Source: a virus. Taken from it: a stretch of DNA of 42,596 nucleotides. The position numbers and the translations under genes were made by a program. The notes under the pieces were generated by a model. The model did not search any database. It was not told the origin of the DNA and saw only the letters and a list, made by a program, of their open reading frames with translations. This document shows, in pieces, positions 40,690 through 42,596 of this stretch. The DNA is taken from positions 1 through 42,596 of IMG/VR virus record IMGVR_UViG_3300049215_000034. One strand, given 5' to 3'. Each line of letters begins with the position of its first letter. Position 1 is the stretch's first letter.

Positions 40690-42260
40690 ATGAAAAACAC
40701 AACGTCGTCGTCTACCCCAACGTCAACAGCGCCCAGCTCAAGGCGTCGATCGTCTCGACCATCCCCCTGGACGATCGCAATGCCGCGATCCCCTACACCA
40801 TCCAGGACATGCAGCTTGCGCGGCTGATGGGCCTGCCGGCGCTGTCACCGATCGAGCGCGACTACGACTGGCCCAGCGCCTTCCCAAGCGGGCCCCGGGC
40901 GCACCAGCGCGTCATGGCGTCGTTCATGACCCTACACCCCCGCTGCAACAATCTCTCGGCCATGCGCACCGGCAAGACCATGGCCTGCGTCTGGGCCGCC
41001 GATTACCTGATGCAAGAGGGCCTGGTCGATCGCGCGCTCGTCATCTGCACGCTGTCCAATATGGAACGCGTGTGGGACAAAGAGATTTACCGGCATATGC
41101 TGGCGCGGCGCAGAGGTGTCATCCTGCACGGGTCCAAGGAACAACGCCTGGCGGCGTTGAACCAGGACGCCGATTTTTACATCATTAACCACGATGGTAT
41201 TAAAGTCGGCTCCAAAAAGGGCCTGCGCGGATTCGAGCCCGGCGAGCTGGCGAAGATCATTGCCGAGCGCACCGATATAGATTTGGTGATCGTGGACGAA
41301 GCTACCGCTTTCAAGCTGTCCTCGACGGCGCGGTTCAAGTCGCTGCGCTTCATCGTCCAGAACAAGCCTTATGTATGGCTCCTGACCGGCACGCCGACGC
41401 CGAACGCGCCCACCGACGCCTGGGCGTTCCAGAAGCTGCTGCGGCCGATGCAGACCGAGAGCTTCATGAACTTCCGCGAGCGGACCATGATGCGCGTCAG
41501 CCAGTTCAAATGGATCCCCAGGAAGGAAGCGCCGGAACTGGTCGCCAAGTTTCTCCAGCCGGCGATCCGGTTCAGCCGCGAGGACTGTATCGACATCCCA
41601 CCGATTCAGATCGAACAGGTGGAATGCGAACTGTCGCCCACGCAGCAGAAAGCCTACGACACGATGAAGAAAGACCTAGCGCTGTTAACCGCCAGCGGGC
41701 AGCGGATCGACGCGGTGAACGAAGCCGTATTACGGATGAAGCTTATCCAAATTTCCTGTGGCGCCGTGTACGGCCCCGACCGGGACGTGCATCTGACCGA
41801 CGCCAAGCCGCGCCTGGAGCTGCTGCTGGACCTGTTGGAAGAAGCCGACAGCAAAATACTGGTTTTCGCCCCCTTGACGAGTGTAGTGAACTTGCTATAT
41901 CGTGAAATAAAGAAGGCGGGGTATTCCGCCGAATTGATCACAGGAGCCGTTAGTGCCAAAGCGCGCAGTAAAATCTTCCAAGCGTTCACCGAAACGCCGG
42001 ACCCGCACGTCATCGTCGCAGACCCCGGAACTGTTGCTCACGGTCTGGACCTATGTGCGGCTTCTACCGTCATCTGGTTCGGCCCGACTGACAAACTGGA
42101 GACGTATCAGCAGGCCAACGCGCGGATTGATGGAACAAACCAAAGACGGAAAATGGTTGCGTTTCAAATTGCAAGTACCGCTGTCGAGAAAGAGATTTAC
42201 CGAAGGCTCGACGAAAAGCGGACGCTCCAAGGCTTAATTCTGGACATGGTGAAGAAGTGA
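40680..42260 (+). CDS. SNF2/Rad54-family helicase
   Basis: 526 aa. AMRTGKTMA (motif I), LVIVDEATAFK (motif II), WLLTGTPTPN (motif III). C-terminal helicase domain ILVFAP...VAHGLDL. Confidence 0.85.
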   Translation: MFLNEKHNVVVYPNVNSAQLKASIVSTIPLDDRNAAIPYTIQDMQLARLMGLPALSPIERDYDWPSAFPSGPRAHQRVMASFMTLHPRCNNLSAMRTGKTMACVWAADYLMQEGLVDRALVICTLSNMERVWDKEIYRHMLARRRGVILHGSKEQRLAALNQDADFYIINHDGIKVGSKKGLRGFEPGELAKIIAERTDIDLVIVDEATAFKLSSTARFKSLRFIVQNKPYVWLLTGTPTPNAPTDAWAFQKLLRPMQTESFMNFRERTMMRVSQFKWIPRKEAPELVAKFLQPAIRFSREDCIDIPPIQIEQVECELSPTQQKAYDTMKKDLALLTASGQRIDAVNEAVLRMKLIQISCGAVYGPDRDVHLTDAKPRLELLLDLLEEADSKILVFAPLTSVVNLLYREIKKAGYSAELITGAVSAKARSKIFQAFTETPDPHVIVADPGTVAHGLDLCAASTVIWFGPTDKLETYQQANARIDGTNQRRKMVAFQIASTAVEKEIYRRLDEKRTLQGLILDMVKK

Positions 42261-42517
42261 GCAATCGCAAACAACGCCGTGCCGCCGCTGCCCAGCATCT
42301 TCCCGAACTGCCGGAAATGCCGAACATCAGCGGGACGCAAGAAAGCTGCGCCAATTGCCGCTTCAGCCGCAATGAGGAATGGCGGCGCATTGTGCATCTG
42401 CTGCGCCTGCCGGCCCCCGTCGATGACGAACTGTTGTGTCTTGCCGATCCCGGCGGTGGCCGCAGCATAAAGACCTACGGGTGGTGCGCCCGCTACGCAC
42501 CGAAACTCAATGGATAG
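42257..42517 (+). CDS. Small Cys-containing protein (86 aa)
   Basis: GTG start overlapping the SNF2 stop (GTGA). CANC...C...WC cysteine pattern. Its 3' end lies in the terminal repeat and overlaps the start of the 41-436 gene copy at 42510. Confidence 0.5.
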   Translation: MSNRKQRRAAAAQHLPELPEMPNISGTQESCANCRFSRNEEWRRIVHLLRLPAPVDDELLCLADPGGGRSIKTYGWCARYAPKLNG

Positions 42518-42596
42518 CAGCATGGCCTATACCGCCGAGCAGATGATTGAGAAATACATCTCGATCCGCGACCAGATTAAAGACATCAGCGAGAAG
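42470..42596. repeat. Terminal direct repeat, right copy (identical to 1-127)
   Basis: Base-for-base identity with 1-127. It contains a truncated second copy of the 41-436 gene, starting at 42510. Confidence 0.95.

Overview
The window is a complete, circularly closed, GC-rich dsDNA tailed-phage genome of about 42.47 kb: bases 1-127 recur exactly at 42470-42596. Two divergent gene arms leave a ~0.94-kb AT-rich, repeat-dense control region (29529-30466). The rightward (+) arm runs 30467 -> circular junction -> 5663. It holds XRE-type regulators and about 20 small accessory ORFs chained by ATGA/TGATG overlaps. These include an idealised pentapeptide-repeat protein, an Ala/Tyr-run protein, and an Ea22-like ORF separated from an HTH gene only by an in-frame TGA. 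A replication module follows: family A DNA polymerase with 3'-5' exonuclease, Cas4/RecB-like nuclease, VRR-NUC, NPPF methyltransferase, SNF2 helicase, an AEP primase-polymerase fused to a P-loop NTPase, and a C5-methyltransferase-like protein with no SAM motif I. The leftward (-) arm runs 29528 -> 5653. It holds a KTSC protein, large terminase, portal, scaffold, major capsid, nozzle-like and fibre-like proteins and a glycine-rich protein. It then holds a 5-gene lysis cassette (M15 endolysin, holin candidates, overlapping i-/o-spanins), a secreted lipoprotein and three large low-complexity virion/ejection-like proteins. I saw no tail tube/sheath set (podovirus-like layout), integrase, tRNA, CRISPR array or recognisable small terminase. 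Functional calls rest on motifs readable in the translations and on gene order; no database search was possible. Many long ORFs in the supplied track are antisense shadows of real genes in this high-GC genome and were rejected. No single feature is clearly a novel system. The best candidates are the multi-operator control region, the early accessory block (pentapeptide-repeat, Ala/Tyr-run, HTH-TGA-Ea22-like) and the SAM-motif-less C5-MTase-like gene.
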